Part shown: piece by piece, positions 12,239-23,979 of the stretch
Position numbering within the stretch: the first letter of the stretch is position 1
Layout of the letters: the number at the start of each line of letters is the position of its first letter
Assembly (NCBI GenBank): GCA_002269645.1
Contig: NIVC01002552.1
Span: 72,435 to 136,434 of the forward strand
DNA from: Macrostomum lignano
Taxonomy: Eukaryota
Length of the DNA stretch: 64,000 nt
Direction of reading: 5' to 3'
Notes under the pieces: generated by a model
What the model saw: only the letters and a program-made list of their open reading frames with translations
The model's database searches: none
Told to the model about the DNA's origin: nothing
Program-made: the position numbers and the translations under genes

Positions 12239-13162
12239 TCACACGCGCTGCTCCACCGCAGTCAGTTTCTCCAGCGCGGCAGTGAACGGAGCCAGCGCCG
12301 GGGCCACCTCCTCGGCTAGGAAGCGGTCCACCTGCCGAGGCGCCCGGCCCACGAAGGTGGCGGGGTCCAGCAGCTCAGGCAGCCGGTCTCGAATCGGGGC
12401 GAAGTAATCCGAGGCCTGGATCCGCTCGATCAGGTCGTTGTCAAGGCCGCGCTCCTTCACCTGGGCTGCGGCTTGCTGGCTCAGCTGACGGATCACCTCG
12501 TGGCATTCCTGGAGAGGCGGAGTTGGCGGGGGTGGCTGACAGTCTGTGTGGGACAAGTAACAAGGAAAGGAGTGTGACCGGCAGATGATAGGCAGACATG
12601 ACAGACAGATGACAGGCAGACATGACAGACAGACAATTTCAGTGCTCAATTCAGACATCAGTCTGGCCTGTCTCACCTGGCGATTGCCGCCAGCCTTCAC
12701 CATGGCGGCCAGGATGTTCTCGGTGGCCATAAAGGGCAGCTCCTCCTTGAGATGGCGCTGGATGACCATCGGGTAGACCACCAGGCCGTCGAATACGCTG
12801 CCCAGGGTGCTGGCAACGATGTCGGCGGCCAGGAACGCCTCCGGGATGCTCAGGCGGCGGTTGCTGGAGTCGTCCAGGGTGCGCTCCATCCACTGCACCG
12901 AATGGGTGTTCAGGGCGTCCTGAGCGGGCGGGTGGGCGCGGCAGAGCTGTGAAATATTGCAGTGGGTCTCGGAGGAGAAGAGAAAATAAAAACACCAGAG
13001 GGACAGCTAACAGTCGGACAGACACTAAGACAGACAGTTAGACAGACACTAAGACAGACATACAGACAGACAATAAGACAGACAGTCAGACAGACAGTCA
13101 GGCAGACATAATAAAACAGACAGTCAGACAGACAGACACAAGACAGACAGACAGACACACGC

Positions 13163-13199
<37 letters not shown>

Positions 13200-13306
13200 G
13201 GCAGACAGACAGACAGGCAGACAGACAGGCAGACAGACAGACAGACAGACAGACAGGCAGGCAGACAGACAGACAGACAGGCAGGCAGACAGGCAGACAG
13301 ACAGGC

Positions 13307-13355
<49 letters not shown>

Positions 13356-14831
13356 GGCAGACAGACAGACAGACACCTGCGCCAGAGCCATGACGTGGCG
13401 GGCCAGGCCGCAGACCCGCTCCAGCCGCATGGGGTTCCGCTTGTACGGCATGGCGGAGGAGCCGATCTGGTCGCGCTCAAACGGCTCCTCGATCTCCTTC
13501 CAGGAGGCCAGCAAGCGCAGGTCGGTGGCGATTTTGTGCGCGGTGGCGCCGAAGCCGGCCAGCTGCAGCAGGACTTCAGAGTCCACCTTGCGGCTGTAGG
13601 TCTGCCCGGTGACGATGTAGGTGGCGGGGAAGCCGGCCTTGGCCGTCACCAGCTTGTCCAGCCGTTCCACCCGATCGTGGTCGCCGTCGAACAGCTGCAG
13701 GAAGCTGGCCTGGGTGCCGGTGGTGCCTTTGACGCCGCGGAAGCGCAGGTCGGCCCGGCAGCGGCTGAGGTTGCGCAGGTCGGCCAGGAGGTCGGCCAGC
13801 CACAGACAGGCCCGCTTGCCCATAGTGGTGAGCTGGGCGGGCTGCAGGTGCGTGAAGCCCAGGCAGGCCAGCGAGCGGTGCTGGCCGGCGAATCGCGACA
13901 GGGCGGCGATTGCGGCCGCGAGCCTGGCAGGGGCAGCGGAGCGGCGATTTATGCTACGTACAGTAGGAACATTTGAGGCAATAGACAGTTGAGCGTAAAC
14001 TGGTTGCACATTGATAGTTGAGCAGAGCTTAAAGCGTATCTACGAATACTTAGTTTGACCTTTAGTGGTTGAGAACAGCGGAGGAAGAGTAGTGAGCTGA
14101 AGAGCTGAATATATGACGATACAATTGCGTTCTTTATTTCGGATAAAAAATTGACTTATACTGATTGCTAGTAACTGATTACTCATAATTACCATTGTGC
14201 TATTTTTATTAGCATGACTCATGATTACCCGTCTGCTATTTTTAGTAGCCTGACTCATGACTACCAGTGTGCTATTTTTAGTAGCATGACTCATAATTAC
14301 CTTGTGCTATCTTTAGTAGCATGACTCATGATTACCAGTGTGCTATTTTTAGTAGCCTGACTCATGACTACCAGTGTGCTATTTTTAGTAGCATGACTCA
14401 TAATTACCAGTGTTGCTATTGGGTAGCTACCTGGGTAGCAGGATGTCCAGCGCATCGCGCAGGCAAATTAGATCGGTGTTGTCTCCAACATAGGCGGACG
14501 TGGCGCCCAGGTGGATGACGGCGGCGGCCGCGGGACACTGGGCGGCAAAGGCGTGCACGTGCGCCATGACGTCGTGCTTCCGCTTCCGCTCCTCCTCGGC
14601 AGCCAATCGCAGGTCGAGCAGGTCCAGGCTGGCGCGCATCTCGGCCAGCTGCCGGTCAGTGATGGCCAGACCCAGCTGCTGCTGCGACTCGGCCAGCCAC
14701 AGCCACAGGCGGCGCCAGGTGGTGAATTTTTTGCGGTCGCCAAAGTTGGCCGCCATCTCGGGGCTGGCGTAGCGAGCCACCAGGGGGGAGCGGTAAACCT
14801 CAGCCTGGAGGTCCTCGTCCGACTGCTGCAT
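12239..14831 (-). CDS. ADSL: Adenylosuccinate lyase, 486 aa. Exons: 14831-14431, 13923-13377, 12919-12677, 12508-12239
   Basis: Motifs [48 protein letters not shown], signature [10 protein letters not shown] and [18 protein letters not shown] introns in phase; spliced length 1461 nt. Confidence 0.97.
13005..13376. repeat. (CAGA)n/(CAGG)n microsatellite filling ADSL intron 2
   Basis: Visible directly; begins at the donor (GTGTCTGTCTG on - strand). Confidence 0.97.
14180..14420. repeat. ~36-bp minisatellite in ADSL intron 1 (GTGCTATTTTTAGTAGCATGACTCATGATTACCA)
   Basis: About 6 tandem copies. Confidence 0.9.
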
Positions 14832-15222
14832 TTCCGGGACAGCCGACTGCAGCGGTTGTTTTGATTCAAGTCAGGTGCGTCCAGATAAACTGCTGAACTT
14901 CGGACATAATCTCAAAAATGACTTTACTAACTTAAAAGATTAACAAATAACAGGTGTTACACATCTCGAAAACTGCTAATTATGAAACAATTGCTTCATT
15001 TATTTCAGCAGCATAAAATCACGCGTGCATGAAAATGAAGATGGAAGCAAAATGCATTGATAAATTGTCTATTTGTACAACTACACGAGCGATGCTGTAT
15101 GCAGTGTGCGAAGATGGAAAACTAATCAATATGGCACATACATGAATTGCTAAAGTTACACGTAATCTATATTTTTTTAAACTAAAACTTCAAACAGACA
15201 GTAGGTTTTAGAATGCCAACTA

Positions 15223-16263
15223 TAACGGGTGATCCAAAAAAATGGACAAACCCTGCAGTGAAACTGTGCCAAGGCAATACAGTGAATCCTTACAGGCTCG
15301 CAGCAGGTGAATCCTGACACCTGTAAGAATTTTTCTGCCAAATTTGGAATGGATATCTTTATCCAGTTTCCTAAAATAGCCATTCTAAATTTAGCCAACA
15401 GTCACTTTCAACTTGAAGCCATAGACAGTAGATGTGCAATTGTAGGAATGACCGCATGACAGCCAACACACAAGAAGATCTGCTTTAAGGTCAAATTTAT
15501 TGAAACAATGAAGCAATGAAACAATGAAATAATTTAAAACAAAGGAGCAATAAAATTTTGTCTTCATCCTTTCCCCAGTCACCTGTGTCGCAGCTGTCGA
15601 CCATCGGCTTCAACGCACTCCTGCAGACGAGGCAGAAACGCGTCAACAGCATTACGCACTGCTTGCATGCTGTTTGTTCTGATGTCATTGAAAGCAGCAA
15701 CGATTGCTTGGTTCAACATGGCGACGTTCAGGAAGCCTCCGTTTGCGAAAACGCGGTCTTTCACAAAGCCCCACAGAAAATAGTCCACAGGATTGAGGTC
15801 AGGAGACATTGAGGGCCACGGCATGTCAAAAAGCCTACCAATAATTCTGTTGTGTCCGAATGTATCATGCAGAAATGCCCGCGTGGCCAAAGCCTCCGAG
15901 CTGCTGATGTTACGCTACTGCCATTTGCGTAGTAAAATTGCAGAATTCTCACTCGATCTTCCTCAGTGAATTTGCTGGCCATCTCGATCATCATTTTCAT
16001 CCTGTCTTTGGCTTTAAGTTGAAAGTGTCTTTGGTTGTTTCTGCAATTACACATCCACTGTCCACGGCCTCAAGTTGAAAGTGACTGTTGGCTAAATTTA
16101 GAATGGCTATCCTAGGAAACTGGACAAAGACATCCATTCCAAAGTTGGCAGAAAAAATCTTACAGGTGTCAGGATTCACCTGCTGCGAGCCTGTAAAGAT
16201 TCACTGTATTGCATTGGCACAGTTTCACTACAAAGTTTGTTCATTTTTTTGGATCACCCGTTA
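15223..16263 (-). mobile_element. Internally deleted Tc1/mariner element with ~225-bp TIRs and TA target duplication
   Basis: TA-TAACGGGTGATCCAAAAAA (15221) matches ...TTTTTTGGATCACCCGTTA-TA (16265); TIRs ~15223-15450 and ~16035-16263. Transposase N-terminus MASKFTEEDRVRILQFYYANGSSVTSAARR is fused out of frame to the C-terminus WPSMSPDLNPVDYFLWGFVKDRVF...RLQECVEADGRQ. Confidence 0.92.
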
Positions 16264-16446
16264 TATTTAATCAACTTTGCCTGTTCGCCTTGCCTATGTC
16301 CCTAGTGTTAAGCTCGCGGAGATTATTGGTAGCGTTAACTCCGCTACCATAGACAATACAGGGAGCGGAGATTTAAATCTCCGCCGGAGATTAACTCGTG
16401 CTAAATATAGATTGCCTCGAGGCTTACAGGCTGTTGATTAAATTAA

Positions 16447-16544
16447 AATAACCCACTGAAACTCTGAGATACTCTATGGCAAAATCTCCTCGGCTTCGCC
16501 TCGGAGATTCTGCATAGAGTATCTCCTCGTTTCAGTGGTTTATT
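16447..16544. repeat. ~100-bp near-perfect inverted repeat (hairpin) with central TCGGCTTCGCCTCGG
   Basis: AATAACCCACTGAAAC..GAGATACTCTAT..AATCTCC pairs with GGAGATT..ATAGAGTATCTC..GTTTCAGTGGTTTATT. Confidence 0.85.
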
Positions 16545-17936
16545 ACACATTTAATTAATAGACCTCACAGCATCTAGCTATACATAATATGACCTAGATG
16601 TGCCACTCCAGCATTCGCTAATGTATTTAGCGGCCGTCTCCGAGGCCCCGAAAACCCAGGGGTTAGGGCCACAGATACTAGCTGTTGCTAATGTCTTGAG
16701 AGCAGCAGAAGCTACTGTCTATGGTCAACACCCCGGGGTATTCGCCCATCTAGGTAATATGTATCAGATTAGACATGCCTTTTGAGGGAGTTGTTTGTAT
16801 AAATCACATTATAATCCATAGATATAAAGATTTTCCGTGACAATATTTGCGTTCTCCGGGATTTTATTTGGTAATATTCAATAATATCCCGTAAAGACTA
16901 TGTCTACCCAATTGCTTCACTCTGTCTACTCAAATTTACTTTGCTTAAGAACTGCTACTTGTAGTAGTTTTTATTGCACTGTACTATCTTTTATCTATTG
17001 CTAAAATATTTTATTCACCAATTACGCGCTGATCCATATGGTCCAAAAATCTTTGTGAGGACCACACCCCCTATTTTTTTAAAGAATTCCCCTTTATAAT
17101 CAGCTGCGACCTATTTCTTTTATTCCCAAATGTAAATACCAATATGTATCGAATCTCTTACTATAGCATTTCCCGGTCAATTTGGTCCTAGAATCACTCA
17201 ATATAATCAGCAATAGAGAATATCAATTAATTCCGCCGTCACTAGAGATATTTTTATGGCCAAATATGCTGTTTCGTTCCACTCAATTTAATCCTGGGAG
17301 CACTTATATAAAAATAATAGCTTTTATTAACATACAATATATCGGCAGAGCCCTACCCGGGCTGATCCGAGGTACGCTACTTTCGTACCACTCGTTTAAC
17401 AACAAAGACTATGTCTATGGTTTATACGAGATTTCGGCCCTTGTTCTATTGGGCCATAGACTACAAAAGCTAAGCTAAGTTATACAAAGCTACCCAAACT
17501 GGGAACCGATCGGTTTATACGTTGTGTACTTTATTTATTCGCAACTTAGACTACGACCCATGGTCCAGAATTATGCTTAAACATTCGATATATTAAAGCC
17601 TTAGTTAGTACTGGTACCTTACCGACGGACTCAAAGTGTAACCACTTTATTCTGAAGACATGATGTTTATAAAGCTCTATTTTTTTCTTTCTGTGCTCAA
17701 TCCCTGAAAATACTTTCTAATAACTCACTCCCTATAAAATTTAATCCTATTTAGTGGCTTAGAAAGATATGATATTAGATCGGATACCACTGACTGATCA
17801 GTGTGGAGGCTAGGCATTCGACCAATCAATATTTCGGTTCAACATGACGCCACCCCAGCATTCAAGCATCGGCAAGAGGTCAATCGGCTACCGTAACTAC
17901 CTGTGCGCAAAATCTTAGCTACAAAACACAATCATG

Positions 17937-18554
17937 CTACTGCCAAGCCAGCGAAGCTTCTGAGTGCTCATTAGAATCAGGCAATAACTGGGCAGTTTGC
18001 TGCTCCTGCTGCTGGATACTCGGCCTCTCCCGAGCCAGCTGTCTGGAGAGCTCGCGCCTCTGTTTGTAGGTTGTGAACCCTTCCTCGGAGCCCAAAGCCT
18101 TCAGATAGGGGTCACGAAACGGCTCGTTCGGCCCAATGTCTGGCACGCGAAGTCGAGAATTCTCATCCAGCTGCTGGTTGGACCGCAGCCTGAGCATCCG
18201 GTCCTGCAGCACACTGTCAACCATGTCTACTCGGGTCACTCGGGACAGGCAGAGTGGCACATAGGCGACCAGGCCGAGCACGATGCCGGTGCTCAGGGCG
18301 AAGAAGTAGCGGCCAAGGACAGCGGCGAATGGCAGGTGATTGTAGTAGCCGGCCCGGTGGCGGTACCACACAAAGCCCGAGAAAAGGCCGGTGAGCGGCA
18401 ACTGGCCATAGACCATGGACTCGTCCCGGCACTTCTTCATGTACACCATGTCCTCGTGGGTGAGCTCGCGGCGCTCTTCAGCCGGCGCTGAAGACTGCGG
18501 CTGCTGCCGGCTACTCGTTGAGGTCTGCGAATTTTCCTGCCCGAGCAGGTGCAA
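17937..18554 (-). CDS. OCIA domain-containing protein (OCIAD1/asrij-like); true start or first exon uncertain (possible acceptor at 18537)
   Basis: ELTHEDMVYMKKCRDESMVYGQLPL...FFALSTGIVLGLVAYVPLC resembles the OCIA pattern (EE.....EC..ES....LP; G...G..SY...C). The C-terminal tail has YKQRRELSR. Confidence 0.65.
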   Translation of the reverse strand: MHLLGQENSQTSTSSRQQPQSSAPAEERRELTHEDMVYMKKCRDESMVYGQLPLTGLFSGFVWYRHRAGYYNHLPFAAVLGRYFFALSTGIVLGLVAYVPLCLSRVTRVDMVDSVLQDRMLRLRSNQQLDENSRLRVPDIGPNEPFRDPYLKALGSEEGFTTYKQRRELSRQLARERPSIQQQEQQTAQLLPDSNEHSEASLAWQ

Positions 18555-19770
18555 GTGAGCCTATTAATAAATTTCTTCATTAAGCCAAATGTTCTTCATT
18601 CCTATGCCTTCCTAAAGCTATAGCTAATACTGAAAGCAGAACTTTCAATTAACAAGCTAAGTTTGATTCAATATTCAAGCAATATATTGTATAATGTAGA
18701 ATATTTAGCAGCTTTTAAGACTTCTAAATTGCTTCTATGCGCAAGCTATGCTTGCCACAATGTTTAGAATTTCTAAATACAAAGGCTTAAAATGGCAAAA
18801 AGTGAAAATTTCAGCTACGAGTACTCTTAATACCAAATAAAGCCGGTAGAAGACAGCAAGACAGTGAGTTCAACGCTGTGCTTAACTCAAATAAATAGTT
18901 GACAAAGCAAGTGGATGCATTGCATGTATTTATATTAAATGAAACAGAACGCTCAGCTGAGCAACGGACCAAATAATTTAAGAACGATTCGCCATTCTCG
19001 TAACAGAATTCAGACACAACTGGGAACATAGCGCATAGGTTATTGCGGTATTTGCACTGTGCTCCAACTGAAAGGAAAGTACGATATAGAAAGAACGAGA
19101 GCAAGTGACTTTTTTAACCTTGCTACACCTGATTAGTTGACTACAACTCGAACCCTGCCTATTGCAAACTGTTAAATACGAGTATATGCTCATGCAATAG
19201 ACCAAGTGTAATTTATGAATCCGCAAGCGAACAGACGGCAAATTAATTTTTAATAAATTCAACTCTTAAAAGCATCAAAAAGTTGAACAAATGAGCCAAG
19301 GACTCGTAGTTTTGCACGAATGACAGTCTTGATTAAAAAAATATAAAACATAACTTTCGCAAAAACAACGTGAGAACCCAATCATTTTATATCACACTAA
19401 CCGAAAAAAACAAAGAATGAACCACACAACAATGAACAAAAGTAAGCGCAATTAGGTAAAGAAAAGATAATGATACAATTAATTAAGACAGCGAAACCAG
19501 AGGGCGCGCTTGAGAATATTTTGAACCAGTGATTTACGATTAAATTACCAATTAATAGAAATTTTAAACTTCAACGTTATAAGCAATGATTTAAATATCG
19601 CGTTGTAGGGACAAATGCTACGGTGAGTTCATTCTGAAAAGCTTGCAAATATTAATATATGGGAACTTGAATTAAAAGTAAAAACAGCGAAACGAGAATT
19701 TGTACGGCAATACACAACACGATTCTTAACTGAAGAATTGTACATGCAAGCATCATTAATCAAGAGGCAT

Positions 19771-22700
19771 TCATTTGGTCGCATCTTGCGTGGCCTCGAT
19801 ATACATCAGCAGGCAGTTCTTGACAGCTTCGCACGTAGATTTTTCAACGGCCGTGTGCACCATTCGCGCAAAGCGAAGCAGCTGCGGTCCGCCAGGGGTC
19901 AAGGCCTCGCAGTAGGGGTGGCAGACGCAGTCAAACCGACGGGACCAACTTTCAACAAACAGCCTGTCGCCGTTGTTCGTCTGTCCTTCATCGTTACGGC
20001 CGTACCAGAAGAAGAAATTGTGGCACGGAAATAGAAACGGTCGGATGTAGCAGGTCTCCTCCATGCGGCACAGGATAAAGCGAATGTCTGACCTGGGGCA
20101 CAGAGCCTGCAGCTCTTGCTCTGTCATGATTCGCATCGATGCATAGGTGCGCACGCAATCATCGGGGTTGTCGAAGCGCAGCACGCAGAACTCGCAGTTG
20201 CGGCAGACCTGAGCTGGTTGGAGATGCGGCGAAAAGACGCTGCGCACTTGCGGGTACTTCTTAAGGAAGTTTCGCACCAAGACGTGCTTGCCCAACTCGG
20301 AGTTGATGTTCCACACTAGGATGAAGTGCGGCTTCCTGTAGCCGTTCGGCACAGGGCAGAATGGTAACATAAACGGGCGCAAGTGCTTGAACTTGTCCCA
20401 AGATCGATAGCTCCATTCGCTCACAAAAATGTTGTCCGGCAGCTGTATATTGAGGCGCTCCATCTCTTCGTTAAGCTTTATTTGAAGCGATCGCGTAGCT
20501 GAGAACATGGACGAACTCATCGCAGCGGGTGAGCAGCGAAACACGGCTTGTTTTGTCAGCACTTGAGGCACCGGCTGAGGATAAATGTGCACGTAGATGC
20601 AGTAAGCTTTGCAAGTTCGCTTCACGATCTCTTCGATTTCGAATGAGTCCATACTCAATGGAAAGCCTCTTGCAGTGTAGTATATGTCGGGCCCGTAAAG
20701 CAAACACCAATAACTACTGGCCGATCCGAGCTGAACACTGCCCAGCTCGATAGGGGGCACGCGATCCGAAGCGGGCCGGTCTTCGACGCATGCAAATTTC
20801 TTTGGACAGCTGTCCTCGAGCTTAAGCAGTTCGGTCAACTTCTGGCACACAACAGAAGGACCATCGACCGCGAGCTGTTCAACAATATGTTTGGCGACGA
20901 CATCTAGAGCCGAAGCGTGTGGTGCTATCGGCATGGAGTCGGTGTGGCAGTTGCACACAAACGGTACATAAGGCCTGTCAGGCAAAGAGTCTTGTGGACA
21001 CATGCTATCCCAGTCGGAATCGAGGTCCCAATGAAGAAAGTTGTGACAAGGAAAGGAAAATGGCGGAATCAAGCAAGTCTCTTGCATGCATACGAACGAG
21101 AACTTTACTTTACCGCTTGAAAATACAGCCTGCAACTCCTCCTCGGCAGCTTCTTCCAGTCTTTGCATCATTACGGTGCAGTCTTCGGAGCTGTTGAACC
21201 TAGCAACGGCGTAGCCACAGTTCAATTGAATTGCGTTGCTCTTGAATCGGCCTTGCTTATATGACTTCCGAAATAGTCGCGGACAGTTAAAACTGCGTGC
21301 GCTGGGCATAGACCTACGCATGTTGTACAGAATGTGATTCGGATGCACATTGCCTGGTATATTCCAAATTAATAGAAACATGGGCTCAAAGGCTCGCGTC
21401 TTAGCTACGGGAACAAAGAAAAATGTATGCGGAAGATTAAACTTCATTTGATGAAATGCCTCTTCTGTATAGTCCTGTGCAAACAGATGCTCGTTACTGC
21501 ACAGGTCACCAATCTTGTCCTTGACTTGATTAACCGAGGGCATAGGTGTCTGTTCGCTTAAGTTGCAAATAACACTCTTTCTCAAACCCTTAGGGTGAGT
21601 AAATGCGTAAATGCTTTCTATACCGTCAATTCGGCTGCAGACGGCGTCAACCAAGTCGACTGTATCTACCTCTGGATCGAATCCTGAGATTCGAAGGTAT
21701 GGCATGCCGCCAAATTTGATTGACCAAGTGCGCTCCAGATAGCAAGACGGCGTCTCATCGTAGTCATCCTCCTGCTCCTCTGCAGCTTCGTGCATGGAGA
21801 ACGAACTTCGCCTACCACGACGCTTATTGCCGCTGCCCTGCTCAGAATCACGGTCGGGGCCGCGTTCACTTCGAGTATCTCGGTCGCGATTGCGATCCTG
21901 ATCTCGCTGGGGGTCTTTGCTACTTCGACTATGACCTCGTTGGCGACTGCGGCTGCGACTGCTTCTGCGCTCTCGAGAACGCGATCTAGACCGGCGCCGC
22001 GATCCGGAACCGTGTTTGGACCTGGACCTGTCGCGATGGCTTCTGCTCTCGTCTGCTCGATGCCTGCTGCTGCTGCTGCGGCCGCGACCACTGCTACTTA
22101 GGGATGTATATGGTATCCTGCCACCTTGGCTGGGTGAGCTAGGGCGATAGCTGTCAGACTTAGGTGGCAAGCCAGATGAGGATGTTGTAGCAGTAGACGA
22201 TGCTGCCAACTTCATTGTCCTAGACGACAAAGATGCGAGCAGTCCAGGCACATCCTTGTTAAGCTTCGGCGATGGGGCAAGTGAAGACTGCAACGGGGGT
22301 GAAGTGGGCGAACGCGCCCCACTATAGGAAGAAGCGCGAGGTCCCCACAGTTCGAACGCATTAATCTGACGCTGACGAGGTGGCACGCGAGCCGAACGAA
22401 TTCTATCCAGCACTACCTGCCGTTTGGAGTGGCTGATGCGCAGAAAACCAGTGGTGTCGGAGCCAGAATCGCCGGGTATCAGTGCAAGATCGGTCTCTCT
22501 AGCACCAATGCAAGCAGCTAACTGCTTGGCTGTTGTAGACGGATCGATGTCAACAACCAATACAAAGTCCATTAGCTGCTTGTCAGCAGGCGGAGAACCA
22601 GACGAGCCGCTTTGAACAAACAGTGGAAATGACACAGAGAACTCGTTCAATGCTGAGATCATGCCCTGCCACATGCTTGGCGGAACAGCATCAAGGAGCA

Positions 22701-22989
22701 GTATGTAGCTCATGCCAAATGGTATCATTTGTCTGATATGGTTTTGATAGACTTTGTAGATCTGTGCCAACTGAGGTGTGTGCTGTGACACATAAATAAA
22801 ATCAGACTGGACAAGCTCAAGTTCTCCTACATCTTCCTGATTAGAGCCTACTGGCATAGGATTTGAAGCCGATTGGCCAACAGGAAAGCTAAGCAGCTTT
22901 TGCAAGTGTTCATTGGATACAAGGTGGGCATTATAGTCAATGGGTGTGTAGAAATATTCACTACACAATTCGCAGTATGGTAGATCCAT
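19771..22989 (-). CDS. Intronless 1072-aa protein: N-terminal matrin/U1-type C2H2 zinc finger, RS/RD-rich region, several divergent RRM-like domains in a ~340-aa internal duplication
   Basis: YCELCSEYFYTPIDYNAHLVSNEH; RSRSRSRERRSSRSRSR; RNP-like FLLIWNIP...GYAVARFNSSEDC and FILVWNIN...EFCVLRFDNPDDC. The uninterrupted 3.2-kb ORF argues for real coding. Confidence 0.85.
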   Translation of the reverse strand: MDLPYCELCSEYFYTPIDYNAHLVSNEHLQKLLSFPVGQSASNPMPVGSNQEDVGELELVQSDFIYVSQHTPQLAQIYKVYQNHIRQMIPFGMSYILLLDAVPPSMWQGMISALNEFSVSFPLFVQSGSSGSPPADKQLMDFVLVVDIDPSTTAKQLAACIGARETDLALIPGDSGSDTTGFLRISHSKRQVVLDRIRSARVPPRQRQINAFELWGPRASSYSGARSPTSPPLQSSLAPSPKLNKDVPGLLASLSSRTMKLAASSTATTSSSGLPPKSDSYRPSSPSQGGRIPYTSLSSSGRGRSSSSRHRADESRSHRDRSRSKHGSGSRRRSRSRSRERRSSRSRSRQRGHSRSSKDPQRDQDRNRDRDTRSERGPDRDSEQGSGNKRRGRRSSFSMHEAAEEQEDDYDETPSCYLERTWSIKFGGMPYLRISGFDPEVDTVDLVDAVCSRIDGIESIYAFTHPKGLRKSVICNLSEQTPMPSVNQVKDKIGDLCSNEHLFAQDYTEEAFHQMKFNLPHTFFFVPVAKTRAFEPMFLLIWNIPGNVHPNHILYNMRRSMPSARSFNCPRLFRKSYKQGRFKSNAIQLNCGYAVARFNSSEDCTVMMQRLEEAAEEELQAVFSSGKVKFSFVCMQETCLIPPFSFPCHNFLHWDLDSDWDSMCPQDSLPDRPYVPFVCNCHTDSMPIAPHASALDVVAKHIVEQLAVDGPSVVCQKLTELLKLEDSCPKKFACVEDRPASDRVPPIELGSVQLGSASSYWCLLYGPDIYYTARGFPLSMDSFEIEEIVKRTCKAYCIYVHIYPQPVPQVLTKQAVFRCSPAAMSSSMFSATRSLQIKLNEEMERLNIQLPDNIFVSEWSYRSWDKFKHLRPFMLPFCPVPNGYRKPHFILVWNINSELGKHVLVRNFLKKYPQVRSVFSPHLQPAQVCRNCEFCVLRFDNPDDCVRTYASMRIMTEQELQALCPRSDIRFILCRMEETCYIRPFLFPCHNFFFWYGRNDEGQTNNGDRLFVESWSRRFDCVCHPYCEALTPGGPQLLRFARMVHTAVEKSTCEAVKNCLLMYIEATQDATK

Positions 22990-23979
22990 GCTACCAACTC
23001 AGTTAAAATTGTTGGAACTCAGAAAAAAGGTCCAAGCAGTGATGCTTAGTCAAGCTGAAAAATTAAGAATTGAAAACAAGCTAAAGATTGTGCCTCTTCT
23101 TTTAAGGACTTGAACAGTTGCAGAAAATCTACCAGCCATAAATTTTGCTTCCTATATATCCCCTAATGAGATGCCATTGAAAGTAAAGTGTCTAGACTAT
23201 TCACTACCTATGACAGCAGGATTATTTAAATTTAAGTTAAAATCTTACCTACATTCTCTTTCAAATTTGTATATTGAAAAAGTATAAAATTGAATAGCAA
23301 TACTATAGGCCTGCAAAAAGTTATGAAATTTTAAAATTATTTAGACTTGTGACAAAAATCAGGCTAGGCCTAGATCTTTCTTCTTTTGTGAAATTTTATC
23401 TTAGCAACTTTCCTTTCTGCCATTAGACAATTTTCTAATTAAGCCATGAGCCAACCATAACAAACCTTAATTATTCCTTAGATTCTTGTTACCTTATTTG
23501 TTAATAGTATTTCAATGCTTAATATATTAAAATTTTTAAATTACTGTATAAGCTATAGATTAATCTTAGAATAACCTAAATGCAACTTAAGCCAATATTG
23601 CTATAGTTTAGTCCTATGACATTTTTTGAGAATATAATCAATCTAACTAGAATTTAATTAACCTATTAGTGTATACTAGAATTGTAATCTTAATTAGAAT
23701 AGCAGTTTAGTACATTTGTATATTTTATTTATACAAGTTAGGAATCTCTTTACTTGAGTATCTTGAGTAATTTATTAACTAAAATAGATAACTAGCTAAA
23801 CAGTTATCATTAACTAATATAGTTATGATACAATAATGCAAATTAATATATACTTTTATCTCATAAATGTCAACATATCTTTTTTTGAATAGTTATTATT
23901 TTGGTATGACTTTTCTTAAGATATTTATATTTTTTAGAAGCATATTGATTTTCTTTTTCATCTATGTAAATTCTAAAAT

